Part shown: positions 45,401 through 60,300 of the stretch, in pieces
Layout of the letters: every line of letters begins with the position of its first letter
Numbering within the stretch: the first letter of the stretch is position 1
Assembly (NCBI GenBank): GCA_964016885.1
Contig: OZ024755.1
Coordinates: 31,434,001 to 31,498,000, forward strand
Length of the DNA stretch: 64,000 bases
DNA from: Eledone cirrhosa
Lineage: Eukaryota
Direction of reading: 5' to 3'
Translations under genes and position numbers: made by a program
Notes under the pieces: generated by a model
What the model was told of the DNA's origin: nothing
What the model saw: the letters and a program-made list of their open reading frames with translations, nothing else
Database searches by the model: none

Positions 45401-46740
45401 GACTTGTACCCCATGTATGGGATTTGTAGCAACCTTCTGAAGGACTTGTACCCCATGTATGGGATGTGCAGCAACCTTCTGAAGCACTTGTACCCCATGT
45501 ATGGGATGTGCAGCAACCTTCTGAAGGACTTGTACCCCATGTATGGGATATGTAGCAACCTTCTGAAGGACTTGTACCCCATGTATGGGATTTGTAGCAA
45601 CCTTCTGAAGGACTTGTACCCATGTATGGGATGTGTAGCAACCTTCTGAAGCACTTGTACCGCATGTATGGGATGTGTAGCAACCTTCTGAAGGACTTGT
45701 ACCCCATGTATGGGATATGTAGCAACCTTCTGAAGGACTTGTACCCCATGTATGGGATGTGCAGCAACCTTCTGAAGGACTTGTACCCATGTATGGGATG
45801 TGTAGCAACCTTCTGAAGCACTTGTACCGCATGTATGGGATGTGTAGCAACCTTCTGAAGGACTTGTACCCCATGTATGGGATGTGCAGCAACCTTCTGA
45901 AGGACTTGTACCCCATGTATGGGATGTGTAGCAACCTTCTGAAGAAATTGTACCCCATGTATGGGATGTGCAGCAACATTCTGAAGGACTTGTACCCCAT
46001 GAATGGGATATGTAGCAACCTTCTGAAGGACTTGTACCACATGTATGGGATGTGTAGCAACCTTCTGAAGAAATTGTACCCCATGTATGGGATGTGTAGC
46101 AACCTTCTGAAGGACTTGTACCCCATGTATGGGATGTGTAGCAACCTTCTGAAGAAATTGTACCCCATGTATGGGATGTGTAGCAACCTTCTGAAGGACT
46201 TGTACCCCATGTATGGGATGTGTAGCAACCTTCTGAAGAAATTGTACCCCATGTATGGGATGTGTAGCAACCTTCTGAAGGACTTGTACCCCATGTATGG
46301 GATGTGTAGCAACCTTCTGAATGACTTGTACCCCATGTATGGGATGTGTAGCAACCTTCTGATAAAATTGTACCCCATGAATGGGATGTGTAGCAACCTT
46401 CTGAAGCACTTGTACCCCATGTATGGGATGTGTAGCAACCTTCTGAAGAACTTGTACCCCATGTATGGGATATGTAGCAACCTTCTGAAGAACATGTACC
46501 CCATGTATGGGGTGTGCAGCAACCTTCTGAAGCACTTGTACCCCATGTATGGCATGTGTAGCAACCTTCTGAAGCACTTGTACCCCATGTATGGCATGTG
46601 TAGCAACCTTCTGAAGGACTTGTACCCCATGTATGGGATGTGCAGCAACCTTCTGAAGGACTTGTACCCCATGTATGGGATGTGCAGCAACCTTCTGAAG
46701 GACTTGTACCCATGTATGGGATGTGTAGCAACCTTCTGAA
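22280..46740. repeat. Higher-order duplication of an ~8.3-kb block: ~22280-30550 repeated at ~38420-46740 (offset 16,142 then 16,184 bp)
   Basis: AAGCTT is at 22374 and 38516, and ATGTTGTGGG at 26711 and 42853. ORF starts 22703/38845 through 27718/43860 differ by 16,142. Starts 28725/44909 through 30456/46640 differ by 16,184 (one extra monomer). Confidence 0.93.
29605..32370. repeat. 923-bp (22-monomer minus 1 bp) higher-order repeat, two near-identical copies plus a more diverged third
   Basis: ORF-track ends 30555, 31478 and 32401 are 923 apart. The same ordered variants (GCAC..CCGC, CCACATG, GAAATT, GAATGAC, GATAAAA, GAACATG, GGCATG) recur in each copy. Confidence 0.88.
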
Positions 46741-49700
46741 GCACTTGTACCCCATGTATGGGATGTGTAGCAACCTTCTGAAGAACTTGTACCCCATGTA
46801 TGGGATATGTAGCAACCTTCTGAAGAACATGTACCCCATATATGGGAAGTGCAGCAACCTTCTGAAGCACTTGTACCCCATGTATGGCATGTGTAGCAAC
46901 CTTCTGAAGCACTTGTACCCCATGTATGGCATGTGTAGTAACCTTCTGAAGGACTTGTACCCCATGTATGGGATGTGCAGCAACCTTCTGAAGGACTTGT
47001 ACCCCATGTATGGGATGTGTAGCAACCTTCTGAAGGACTTGTACCCCATGTATGGGATGTGTAGCAACCTTCTGAAGGACTTGTACCCCATGTATGGGAT
47101 GTGTAGCAACCTTCTGAAGGACTTGTACCCCATGTATGGGATGTGCAGCAACCTTCTGAAGAAATTGTGCCCCATGTATGGGATGTGTAGCAACCTTCTG
47201 AAGGACTTGTACCCCATGTATGGGATGTGTAGCAACCTTCTGAAGGACTTGTACCCCATGTATGGGATGTGTAGCAACCTTCTGAAGGACTTGTACCCCA
47301 TGTATGGGATGTGTAGCAACCTTCTGAAGGACTTGTACCCCATGTATGGGATGTGTAGCAACATTCTGAAGGACTTGTACCCCATGTATGGGATGTGTAG
47401 CAACCTTCTGAAGGACTTGTACCCCACGTATGGGATGTGTAGCAACCTTCTGAAGCACTTGTACCGCATGTATGGAATGTGTAGCAACCTTCTGAAGGAC
47501 TTGTACCCCATGTATGGGATGTGTAGCAACCTTCTGAAGAAATTGTGCCCCATGTATGGGATGTGTAGCAACCTTCTGAAGGACTTGTACCCCATGTATG
47601 GGATGTGTAGCAACCTTCTGAAGGACTTGTACCCCATGTATGGGATGTGTACCAACCTTCTAAAGGACTTGTACCCCATGTATGGGATGTGTAGCAACCT
47701 TCTGAAGGACTTGTACCCCATGTATGGGATGTGTAGCAACCTTCTGAAGCACTTGTACCCCATGTATGGGATGTGTAGCAACCTTCTGAAGGACTTGTAC
47801 CCCATGTATGGGATGTGTAGCAACCTTCTGATAAAATTGTACCCCATGAATGGGATGTGTAGCAACCTTCTGAAGCACTTGTACCCCATGTATGGGATGT
47901 GTAGCAACCTTCTGAAGGACTTGTACCCCATGTATGGGATGTGCAGCAACCTTCTGAAGAACTTGTACCCCATGTATGGGATGTGTAGCAACCTTCTGAA
48001 GGACTTGTACCCCATGTATGGGATGTGCAGCAACCTTCTGAAGAACTTGTACCCCATGTATGGGATGTGTAGCAACCTTCTGAAGAACATGTACCCCATG
48101 TATGGGATGTGTAGCAACCTTCTGAAGGACTTGTACCCCATGTATGGGATGTGTAGCAACCTTCTGAAGGACTTGTACCCCATGTATGGGATGTGTAGCA
48201 ACCTTCTGAAGAACATGTACCCCATGTATGGGATGTGTAGCAACCTTCTGAAGAACATGTACCCCATGTATGGGATGTGCAGCAACCTTCTGAAGAACTT
48301 GTACCCCATGTATGGGATGTGTAGCAACCTTCTGAAGAACTTGTACCCCATGTATGGGATGTGTAGCAACCTTCTGAAGAACTTGTACCCCATGTATGGG
48401 ATGTGTAGCAACCTTCTGAAGGATTTGTACCCCATGTATGGGATGTGTAGCAACCTTCTGAAGAACATGTACCCCATGTATGGGATGTGTAGCAACCTTC
48501 TGATAAAATTGTACCCCATGAATGGGATGTGTAGCAACCTTCTGAAGCACTTGTACCCCATGTATGGGATGTGTAGCAACCTTCTGAAGGACTTGTACCC
48601 CATGTATGGGATGTGTAGCAACCTTCTGAAGAACATGTACCCCATGTATGGGATGTGTAGCAACCTTCTGAAGAACATGTACTCCATGTATGGGATGTGC
48701 AGCAACCTTCTGAAGAACTTGTACCCCATGTATGGGATGTGTAGCAACCTTCTGAAGAACATGTACCCCATGTATGGGATGTGTAGCAACCTTCTGAAGG
48801 ACTTGTACCCCATGTCTGGGATGTGTAGCAACCTTCTGAAGGAGTTGTACCCCATGTATGGGATTTGTAGCAACCTTCTGAAGGACTTGAACCCCATGTA
48901 TGGGATATGTAGCAACCTTCTGAAGGACTTGTACCCCATGTATGGGATTTGTAGCAACCTTCTGAAGGACTTGTACCCCATGTATGGGATGTGCAGCAAC
49001 CTTCTGAAGCACTTGTACCCCATGTATGGGATGTGCAGCAACCTTCTGAAGGACTTGTACCCCATGTATGGGATATGTAGCAACCTTCTGAAGGACTTGT
49101 ACCCCATGTATGGGATTTGTAGCAACCTTCTGAAGGACTTGTACCCATGTATGGGATGTCTAGCAACCTTCTGAAGCACTTGTACCGCATGTATGGGATG
49201 TGTAGCAACCTTCTGAAGGACTTGTACCCCATGTATGGGATATGTAGCAACCTTCTGAAGGACTTGTACCCCATGTATGGGATGTGCAGCAACCTTCTGA
49301 AGGACTTGTACCCATGTATGGGATGTGTAGCAACCTTCTGAAGCACTTGTACCGCATGTATGGGATGTGTAGCAACCTTCTGAAGGACTTGTACCCCATG
49401 TATGGGATGTGCAGCAACCTTCTGAAGGACTTGTACCCCATGTATGGGATGTGTAGCAACCTTCTGAAGAAATTGTACCCCATGTATGGGATGTGCAGCA
49501 ACATTCTGAAGGACTTGTACCCCATGAATGGGATATGTAGCAACCTTCTGAAGGACTTGTACCACATGTATGGGATGTGTAGCAACCTTCTGAAGAAATT
49601 GTACCCCATGTATGGGATGTGTAGCAACCTTCTGAAGGACTTGTACCCCATGTATGGGATGTGTAGCAACCTTCTGAAGAAATTGTACCCCATGTATGGG

Positions 49701-52500
49701 ATGTGTAGCAACCTTCTGAAGGACTTGTACCCCATGTATGGGATGTGTAGCAACCTTCTGAAGAAATTGTACCCCATGTATGGGATGTGTAGCAACCTTC
49801 TGAAGGACTTGTACCCCATGTATGGGATGTGTAGCAACCTTCTGAATGACTTGTACCCCATGTATGGGATGTGTAGCAACCTTCTGATAAAATTGTACCC
49901 CATGAATGGGATGTGTAGCAACCTTCTGAAGCACTTGTACCCCATGTATGGGATGTGTAGCAACCTTCTGAAGAACTTGTACCCCATGTATGGGATATGT
50001 AGCAACCTTCTGAAGAACATGTACCCCATGTATGGGATGTGCAGCAACCTTCTGAAGCACTTGTACCCCATGTATGGCATGTGTAGCAACCTTCTGAAGC
50101 ACTTGTACCCCATGTATGGCATGTGTAGCAACCTTCTGAAGGACTTGTACCCCATGTATGGGATGTGCAGCAACCTTCTGAAGGACTTGTACCCCATGTA
50201 TGGGATGTGCAGCAACCTTCTGAAGGACTTGTACCCATGTATGGGATGTGTAGCAACCTTCTGAAGCACTTGTACCCCATGTATGGGATGTGTAGCAACC
50301 TTCTGAAGGACTTGTACCCCATGTATGGGATGTGTAGCAACCTTCTGAAGCACTTGTACCGCATGTATGGGATGTGTAGCAACCTTCTGAAGGACTTGTA
50401 CCCCATGTATGGGATGTGCAGCAACCTTCTGAAGGACTTGTACCCCATGAATGGGATATGTAGCAACCTTCTGAAGGACTTGTACCCCATGTATGGGATG
50501 TGCAGCAACCTTCTGAAGGACTTGTACCCCATGAATGGGATATGTAGCAACCTTCTGAAGGACTTGTACCACATGTATGGGATGTGTAGCAACCTTCTGA
50601 AGAAATTGTACCCCATGTATGGGATGTGTAGCAACCTTCTGAAGGACTTGTACCCCATGTATGGGATGTGTAGCAACCTTCTGAAGAAATTGTACCCCAT
50701 GTATGGGATGTGTAGCAACCTTCTGAAGAATTTGTACCCCATGTATGGGATGTGTAGCAACCTTCTGAAGGACTTGTACCCCATGTATGGGATGTGTAGC
50801 AACCTTCTGAATGACTTGTACCCCATGTATGGGATGTGTAGCAACCTTCTGATAAAATTGTACCCCATGAATGGGATGTGTAGCAACCTTCTGAAGCACT
50901 TGTACCCCATGTATGGGATGTGTAGCAACCTTCTGAAGAACTTGTACCCCATGTATGGGATATGTAGCAACCTTCTGAAGAACATGTACCCCATATATGG
51001 GATGTGCAGCAACCCTCTGAAGCACTTGTACCCCATGTATGGCATGTGTAGCAACCTTCTGAAGCACTTGTACCCCATGTATGGCATGTGTAGTAACCTT
51101 CTGAAGGACTTGTACCCCGTGTATGGGATGTGTAGCAACCTTCTGAAGGACTTGACCCCATGTATGGGATGTGTAGCAACCTTCTGAAGGACTTGTACCC
51201 CATGTATGGGATGTGTAGCAACCTTCTGAAGGACTTGTACCCCATGTATGGGATGTGTAGCAACCTTCTGAAAGACTTGTACCCCATGTATGGGATGTGC
51301 AGCAACCTTCTGAAGGACTTGAACCCCATGTATGGGATGTGTAGCAACCTTCTGAAGGACTTGTACCCCATGTCTGGGATGTGTAGCAACCTTCTGAAGG
51401 AGTTGTACCCCATGTATGGGATTTGTAGCAACCTTCTGAAGGACTTGAACCCCATGTATGGGATATGTAGCAACCTTCTGAAGGACTTGTACCCCATGTA
51501 TGGGATTTGTAGCAACCTTCTGAAGGACTTGTACCCCATGTATGGGATGTGCAGCAACCTTCTGAAGGACTTGTACCCCATGTATGGGATGTGTAGCAAC
51601 CTTCTGAAGGACTTGTACCCCATGTATGGGATGTGTAGCAACCTTCTGAAGGACTTGTACCCCATGTATGGGATGTGCAGCAACCTTCTGAAGGAGTTGT
51701 ACCCCATGTATGGGATTTGTAGCAACCTTCTGAAGGACTTGAACCCCATGTATGGGATATGTAGCAACCTTCTGAAGGACTTGTACCCCATGTATGGGAT
51801 TTGTAGCAACCTTCTGAAGGACTTGTACCCCATGTATGGGATGTGCAGCAACCTTCTAAAGGACTTGTACCCCATGTATGGGATGTGTAGCAACCTTCTG
51901 AAGGACTTGTACCCCATGTATGGGATGTGCAGCAACCTTCTGAAGGACTTGTACCCCATGTATGGGATGTGCAGCAACCTTCTGAAGGACTTGTACCCCA
52001 TGTATGGGATGTGTAGCAACCTTCTGAAGGACTTGAACCCCATGTATGGGATGTGTAGCAACCTTCTGAAGGACTTGTACCCCATGTATGGGATGTGTAG
52101 CAACCTTCTGAAGGACTTGTACCCCATGTATGGGATGTGTAGCAACCTTCTGAAGGACTTGTACCCCATGTATGGGATGTGTAGCAACCTTCTGAAGGAC
52201 TTGTACCCATGTATGGGATGTGTAGCAACCTTCTGAAGGACTTGTACCCATGTATGGGATGTGTAGCAACCTTCTGAAGGACTTGTACCCATGTATGGGA
52301 TGTGCAGCAACCTTCTGAAGGACTTGTACCCCATGTATGGGATGTGTAGCAACCTTCTAAAGAAATTGTACCCCATGAATGGGATATGTAGCAACCTTCT
52401 GAAGGACTTGAACCCCATGTATGGGATGTGCAGCAACCTTCTGAAGGACTTGTACCCCATGTATGGGATGTGCAGCAACCTTCTGAAGGACTTGTACCCC
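30528..52500. repeat. Higher-order duplication of a ~3.2-kb block: ~30528-33710 repeated at ~49314-52500 (offset 18,786 bp)
   Basis: ORF starts 31379/50165, 32374/51160 and 33505/52291 differ by 18,786. The rare variants CCCCGTGTATGG, TTGACCCC (lost T) and CTGAAAGAC are present in both copies. Confidence 0.9.
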
Positions 52501-55500
52501 ATGTATGGGATGAGTAGCAACCTTCTAAAGATGTTGTACCCCATGAATGGGATATGTAGCAACCTTCTGAAGGACTTGTACCCCATGTATGGGATGTGTA
52601 GCAACCTCCTGAAGGACTTGTACCCCATGTATGGGATGTGTAGCAACCTTCTGAAGGACTTGTACCCCATGTATGGGATGTGTAGCAACCTTCTGAAGGA
52701 CTTTTACCCCATGTATGGGATGTGCAGCAACCTTCTGAAGGACTTGTACCCCATGTATGGGATGTGCAGCAACCTTCTGAAGGACTTGAACCCCATGTAT
52801 GGGATGTGTAGCAACCTTCTGAAGGACTTGTACCCCATGTATGGGATTTGTAGCAACCTTCTGAAGGACTTGAACCCCATGTATGGGATATGTAGCAATC
52901 TTCTGAAGGACTTGTACCCCATGTATGGGATTTGTAGCAACCTCCTGAAGGACTTGTACCCCATGTATGGGATGTGCAGCAACCTTCTGAAGCACTTGTA
53001 CCCCATGTATGGGATGTGCAGCAACCTTCTGAAGGACTTGTACCCCATGTATGGGATATGTAGCAACCTTCTGAAGGACTTGTACCCCATGTATGGGATG
53101 TGTAGCAACCTTCTGAAGGACTTGTACCCCATGTATGGGATGTGCAGCAACCTTCTGAAGGACTTGTACCCATGTATGGGATGTGTAGCAACCTTCTGAA
53201 GGACTTGTACCCCATGTATGGGATGTGTAGCAACCTTCTGAAGGACTTGTACCCCATGTATGGGATGTGTAGCAACCTTCTGAAGGACTTGTACCCCATG
53301 TATGGGATGTGTAGCAACCTTCTGAAGGACTTGTACCCCATGTATGGGATGTGTAGCAACCTTCTGAAGGTCTTGTACCCCATGTATGGGATGTGTAGCA
53401 ACCTTCTGAAGAACTTGTGCCCCATGTATGGGATATGTAGCAACCTTCTGAAGGACTTGAACCCCATGTATGGGATGTGCAGCAACCTTCTGAAGGACTT
53501 GTACCCCATGTATGACATGTGTAGCAACCTTCTGAAGGACGTGTACTCCATGTATGGGATGTGTAGCAACCTTCTGAAGGACTTGTACCCCATGCATGGG
53601 ATGTGTAGCAACCATCTGAAGGACTTGTACCCCATGTATGGGATGTGTAGCAACCTTCTGAAGGACTTGTACCCATGTATGGGATTTGTAGCAACCTTCT
53701 GAAGGACTTGTACCCCATGTATGGGATGTGTAGCAACCTTCTGAAGGACGTGTACCCCATGTATGGGATGTGCAGCAACCTTCTGAAGGACTTGTACCCC
53801 ATGTATGGGATTTGTAGCAACCTTCTGAAGGACTTGTACCCCATGTATGGGATGTGTAGCAACCTTCTGAAGGACTTGTACCCCATGTATGGGATGTGTA
53901 GCAACCTTCTGAAGGACTTGTACCCCATGTATGGGATGTGCAGCGACCTTCTGAAGGACTTGTACCCCATGTATGGGATGTGTAGCAACCTTCTGAAGGA
54001 CTTGAACCCCATGTATGGGATGTGTAGCAACCTTCTGAAGGACTTGTACCCCATGTCCGGGATGTGCAGCAACCTTCTGAAGCACTTGTACCCCATGTAT
54101 GGGATGTGCAGCAACCTTCTGAAGGACTTGTACCCCATGTATGGGATATGTAGCAACCTTCTGAAGGACTTGTACCCCATGTATGGGATTTGTAGCAACC
54201 TTCTGAAGGACTTGTACCCATGTATGGGATGTGTAGCAACCTTCTGAAGCACTTGTACCCCATGTATGGGATGTGTAGCAACCTTCTGAAGGACTTGTAC
54301 CCCATGTATGGGATGTGTAGCAACCTTCTGAAGCACTTGTACCGCATGTATGGGATGTGTAGCAACCTTCTGAAGGACTTGTACCCCATGTATGGGATGT
54401 GCAGCAACCTTCTGAAGGACTTGTACCCCATGTATGGGATGTGTAGCAACCTTCTGAAGAAATTGTACCCCATGTATGGGATGTGCAGCAACATTCTGAA
54501 GGACTTGTACCCCATGAATGGGATATGTAGCAACCTTCTGAAGGACTTGTACCACATGTATGGGATGTGTAGCAACCTTCTGAAGAAAGTGTACCCCATG
54601 TATGGGATGTGTAGCAACCTTCTGAAGCACTTGTACCGCATGTATGGGATGTGTAGCAACCTTCTGAAGCACTTGTACCGCATGTATGGGATGTGTAGCA
54701 ACCTTCTGAAGGTCTTGTACCCCATGTATGGGATGTGCAGCAACCTTCTGAAGGACTTGTACCCCATGTATGGGATGTGCAGCAACCTTCTGAAGGACAT
54801 GTACCCCACGTATGGGATGTGTAGCAACCTTCTGAAGCACTTGTACCGCATGTATGGGATGTGTAGCAACCTTCTGAAGCACTTGTACCGCATGTATGGG
54901 ATGTGTAGCAACCTTCTGAAGGTCTTGTACCCCATGTATGGGATGTGTAGCAACCTTCTGAAGCACTTGTACCGCATGTATGGGATGTGTAGCAACCTTC
55001 TGAAGGACTTGTACCCCATGTATGGGATGTGCAGCAACCTTCTGAAGGACTTGTACCCCATGTATGGGATGTGTAGCAACCTTCTGAAGAAATTGTGCCC
55101 CATGTATGGGATGTGTAGCAACCTTCTGAAGGACTTGTACCCCATGTATGGGATGTGTAGCAACCTTCTGAAGGACTTGTACCCCATGTATGGGATGTGT
55201 AGCAACCTTCTGATAAAATTGTACCCCATGAATGGGATGTGTAGCAACCTTCTGAAGCACTTGTACCCCATGTATGGGATGTGTAGCAACCTTCTGAAGG
55301 ACTTGTACCCCATGTATGGGATGTGCAGCAACCTTCTGAAGGACTTGAACCCCATGTATGGGATGTGTAGCAACCTTCTGAAGGACTTGTACCCCATGTC
55401 TGGGATGTGTAGCAACCTTCTGAAGGAGTTGTACCCCATGTATGGGATTTGTAGCAACCTTCTGAAGGACTTGAACCCCATGTATGGGATATGTAGCAAC

Positions 55501-57300
55501 CTTCTGAAGGACTTGTACCCCATGTATGGGATTTGTAGCAACCTTCTGAAGGACTTGTACCCCATGTATGGGATGTGCAGCAACCTTCTGAAGCACTTGT
55601 ACCCCATGTATGGGATGTGCAGCAACCTTCTGAAGGAATTGTACCCCATGTATGGGATTTGTAGCAACCTTCTGAAGGACTTGTACCCATGTATGGGATG
55701 TGTAGCAACCTTCTGAAGCACTTGTACCGCATGTATGGGATGTGTAGCAACCTTCTGAAGGACTTGTACCCCATGTATGGGATATGTAGCAACCTTCTGA
55801 AGGACTTGTACCCCATGTATGGGATTTGTAGCAACCTTCTGAAGGACTTGTACCCATGTATGGGATGTGTAGCAACCTTCTGAAGCACTTGTACCCCATG
55901 TATGGGATGTGTAGCAACCTTCTGAAGGACTTGTACCCCATGTATGGGATGTGTAGCAACCTTCTGAAGCACTTGTACCGCATGTATGGGATGTGTAGCA
56001 ACCTTCTGAAGGACTTGTACCCCATGTATGGGATGTGCAGCAACCTTCTGAAGGACTTGTACCCCATGTATGGGATGTGTAGCAACCTTCTGAAGAAATT
56101 GTACCCCATGTATGGGATGTGCAGCAACATTCTGAAGGACTTGTACCCCATGAATGGGATATGTAGCAACCTTCTGAAGGACTTGTACCACATGTATGGG
56201 ATGTGTAGCAACCTTCTGAAGAAAGTGTACCCCATGTATGGGATGTGTAGCAACCTTCTGATAAAATTGTACCCCATGAATGGGATGTGTAGCAACCTTC
56301 TGAAGCACTTGTACCCCATGTATGGGATGTGTAGCAACCTTCTGAAGGACTTGTACCCCATGTATGGGATGTGTAGCAACCTTCTGAATGACTTGTACCC
56401 CATGTATGGGATGTGTAGCAACCTTCTGATAAAATTGTACCCCATGAATGGGATGTGTAGCAACCTTCTGAAGCACTTGTACCCCATGTATGGGATGTGT
56501 AGCAACCTTCTGAAGAACTTGTACCCCATGTATGGGATATGTAGCAACCTTCTGAAGAACATGTACCCCATATATGGGAAGTGCAGCAACCTTCTGAAGC
56601 ACTTGTACCCCATGTATGGCATGTGTAGCAACCTTCTGAAGCACTTGTACCCCATGTATGGCATGTGTAGTAACCTTCTGAAGGACTTGTACCCCATGTA
56701 TGGGATGTGCAGCAACCTTCTGAAGGACTTGTACCCCATGTATGGGATGTGCAGCAACCTTCTGAAGGACTTGTACCCCATGTATGGGATGTGTAGCAAC
56801 CTTCTGAAGGACTTGTACCCCATGTATGGGATGTGTAGCAACCTTCTGAAGGACTTGTACCCCATGTATGGGATGTGCAGCAACCTTCTGAAGAAATTGT
56901 GCCCCATGTATGGGATGTGTAGCAACCTTCTGAAGGACTTGTACCCCATGTATGGGATGTGTAGCAACCTTCTGAAGGACTTGTACCCCATGTATGGGAT
57001 GTGTAGCAACCTTCTGAAGGACTTGTACCCCATGTATGGGATGTGTAGCAACCTTCTGAAGGACTTGTACCCCATGTATGGGATGTGTAGCAACCTTCTG
57101 AAGGACTTGTACCCCATGTATGGGATGTGTAGCAACCTTCTGAAGGACTTGTACCCCACGTATGGGATGTGTAGCAACCTTCTGAAGCACTTGTACCGCA
57201 TGTATGGGATGTGTAGCAACCTTCTGAAGGACTTGTACCCCATGTATGGGATGTGTAGCAACCTTCTGAAGAAATTGTGCCCCATGTATGGGATGTGTAG
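34000..57300. repeat. Rearranged duplication: ~34000-38420 corresponds to ~53380-57300 with internal deletions (offsets ~19.4, 18.95, 18.87 kb)
   Basis: ORF starts are 34804/54220, 36735/55689 and 36986/55856. The copies share GGACATGTACCCCACG pairs, GAAAGTGTAC, and TATGGGAAG (37703 vs 56573). Confidence 0.8.
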
Positions 57301-60300
57301 CAACCTTCTGAAGGACTTGTACCCCATGTATGGGATGTGTAGCAACCTTCTGAAGGACTTGTACCCCATGTATGGGATGTGTAGCAACCTTCTGAAGGAC
57401 TTGTACCCCATGTATGGGATGTGTAGCAACCTTCTGAAGGACTTGTACCCCATGTATGGGATGTGTAGCAACCTTCTGAAGCACTTGTACCCCATGTATG
57501 GGATGTGTAGCAACCTTCTGAAGGACTTGTACCCCATGTATGGGATGTGTAGCAACCTTCTGATAAAATTGTACCCCATGAATGGGATGTGTAGCAACCT
57601 TCTGAAGCACTTGTACCCCATGTATGGGATGTGTAGCAACCTTCTGAAGGACTTGTACCCCATGTATGGGATGTGCAGCAACCTTCTGAAGAACTTGTAC
57701 CCCATGTATGGGATGTGTAGCAACCTTCTGAAGGACTTGTACCCCATGTATGGGATGTGCAGCAACCTTCTGAAGAACTTGTACCCCATGTATGGGATGT
57801 GTAGCAACCTTCTGAAGAACATGTACCCCATGTATGGGATGTGCAGCAACCTTCTGAAGAACTTGTACCCCATGTATGGGATGTGTAGCAACCTTCTGAA
57901 GAACTTGTACCCCATGTATGGGATGTGTAGCAACCTTCTGAAGAACTTGTACCCCATGTATGGGATGTGTAGCAACCTTCTGAAGGATTTGTACCCCATG
58001 TATGGGATGTGTAGCAACCTTCTGAAGAACATGTACCCCATGTATGGGATGTGTAGCAACCTTCTGATAAAATTGTACCCCATGAATGGGATGTGTAGCA
58101 ACCTTCTGAAGCACTTGTACCCCATGTATGGGATGTGTAGCAACCTTCTGAAGGACTTGTACCCCATGTATGGGATGTGTAGCAACCTTCTGAAGAACAT
58201 GTACCCCATGTATGGGATGTGTAGCAACCTTCTGAAGAACATGTACCCCATGTATGGGATGTGCAGCAACCTTCTGAAGAACTTGTACCCCATGTATGGG
58301 ATGTGTAGCAACCTTCTGAAGAACATGTACCCCATGTATGGGATGTGTAGCAACCTTCTGAAGGACTTGTACCCCATGTATGGGATGTGTAGCAACCTTC
58401 TGAAGGACTTGTACCCCATGTATGGGATGTGCAGCAACCTTCTGAAGGACTTGAACCCCATGTATGGGATGTGTAGCAACCTTCTGAAGGACTTGTACCC
58501 CATGTCTGGGATGTGTAGCAACCTTCTGAAGGAGTTGTACCCCATGTATGGGATTTGTAGCAACCTTCTGAAGGACTTGAACCCCATGTATGGGATATGT
58601 AGCAACCTTCTGAAGGACTTGTACCCCATGTATGGGATTTGTAGCAACCTTCTGAAGGACTTGTACCCCATGTATGGGATGTGCAGCAACCTTCTGAAGC
58701 ACTTGTACCCCATGTATGGGATATGTAGCAACCTTCTGAAGGACTTGTACCACATGTATGGGATGTGTAGCAACCTTCTGAAGAAAGTGTACCCCATGTA
58801 TGGGATGTGTAGCAACCTTCTGAAGAAATTGTACCCCATGTATGGGATGTGTAGCAACCTTCTGAAGGACTTGTACCCCATGTATGGGATGTGTAGCAAC
58901 CTTCTGAATGACTTGTACCCCATGTATGGGATGTGTAGCAACCTTCTGAAGCACTTGTACCCCATGTATGGGATGTGTAGCAACCTTCTGAAGAACTTGT
59001 ACCCCATGTATGGGATATGTAGCAACCTTCTGAAGAACATGTACCCCATATATGGGAAGTGCAGCAACCTTCTGAAGCACTTGTACCCCATGTATGGCAT
59101 GTGTAGCAACCTTCTGAAGCACTTGTACCCCATGTATGGCATGTGTAGTAACCTTCTGAAGGACTTGTACCCCACGTATGGGATGTGTAGCAACCTTCTG
59201 AAGCACTTGTACCGCATGTATGGGATGTGTAGCAACCTTCTGAAGGACTTGTACCCCATGTATGGGATGTGTAGCAACCTTCTGAAGGTCTTGTACCCCA
59301 TGTATGGGATGTGTAGCAACCTTCTGAAGGTCTTGTACCCCATGTATGGGATGTGTAGCAACCTCCTGAAGAACTTGTACCCCATGTATGGGATGTGTAG
59401 CAACCTCCTGAAGAACTTGTACCCCATGTATGGGATGTGTAGCAACCTCCTGAAGAACTTGTACCCCATGTATGGGATGTGTAGCAACCTTCTGAAGGAC
59501 TTGTACCCCATGTATGGGATATGTAGCAACCTTCTGAAGAACTTGTACCCCATGTATGGGATGTGTAGCAACCTCCTGAAGAACTTGTACCCCATGTATG
59601 GGATGTGCAGCAACCTTCTGAAGGACTTGTACCCCATGTATGGGATATGTAGCAACCTTCTGAAGGACTTGTACCCCATGTATGGGATGTGCAGCAACCT
59701 TCTGAAGGACTTGTACCCCATGTATGGGATGTGCAGCAACCTTCTGAAGGACTTGTACCCCATGTATGGGATGTGTAGCAACCTTCTGAAGGACTTGTAC
59801 CCCATGTATGGGATTTGTAGCAACCTTCTGAAGGACTTGTACCCCATGTATGGGATTTGTAGCAACCTTCTGAAGGTCTTGAACCCCATGTATGGGATGT
59901 GTAGCAACCTTCTGAAGCACTTGTACCGCATGTATGGGATGTGTAGCAACCTTCTGAAGGACTTGTACCCCATGTATGGGATTTGTAGCAACCTTCTGAA
60001 GGACTTGTACCCCATGTATGGGATTTGTAGCAACCTTCTGAAGGTCTTGAACCCCATGTATGGGATGTGTAGCAACCTTCTGAAGCACTTGTACCGCATG
60101 TATGGGATGTGCAGCAACCTTCTGAAGGACTTGTACCCCATGTATGGGATTTGTAGCAACCTTCTGAAGGTCTTGAACCCCATGTATGGGATGTGTAGCA
60201 ACCTTCTGAAGCACTTGTACCGCATGTATGGGATGTGTAGCAACCTTCTGAAGGACTTGTACCCCATGTATGGGATGTGTAGCAACCTTCTGAAGCACTT

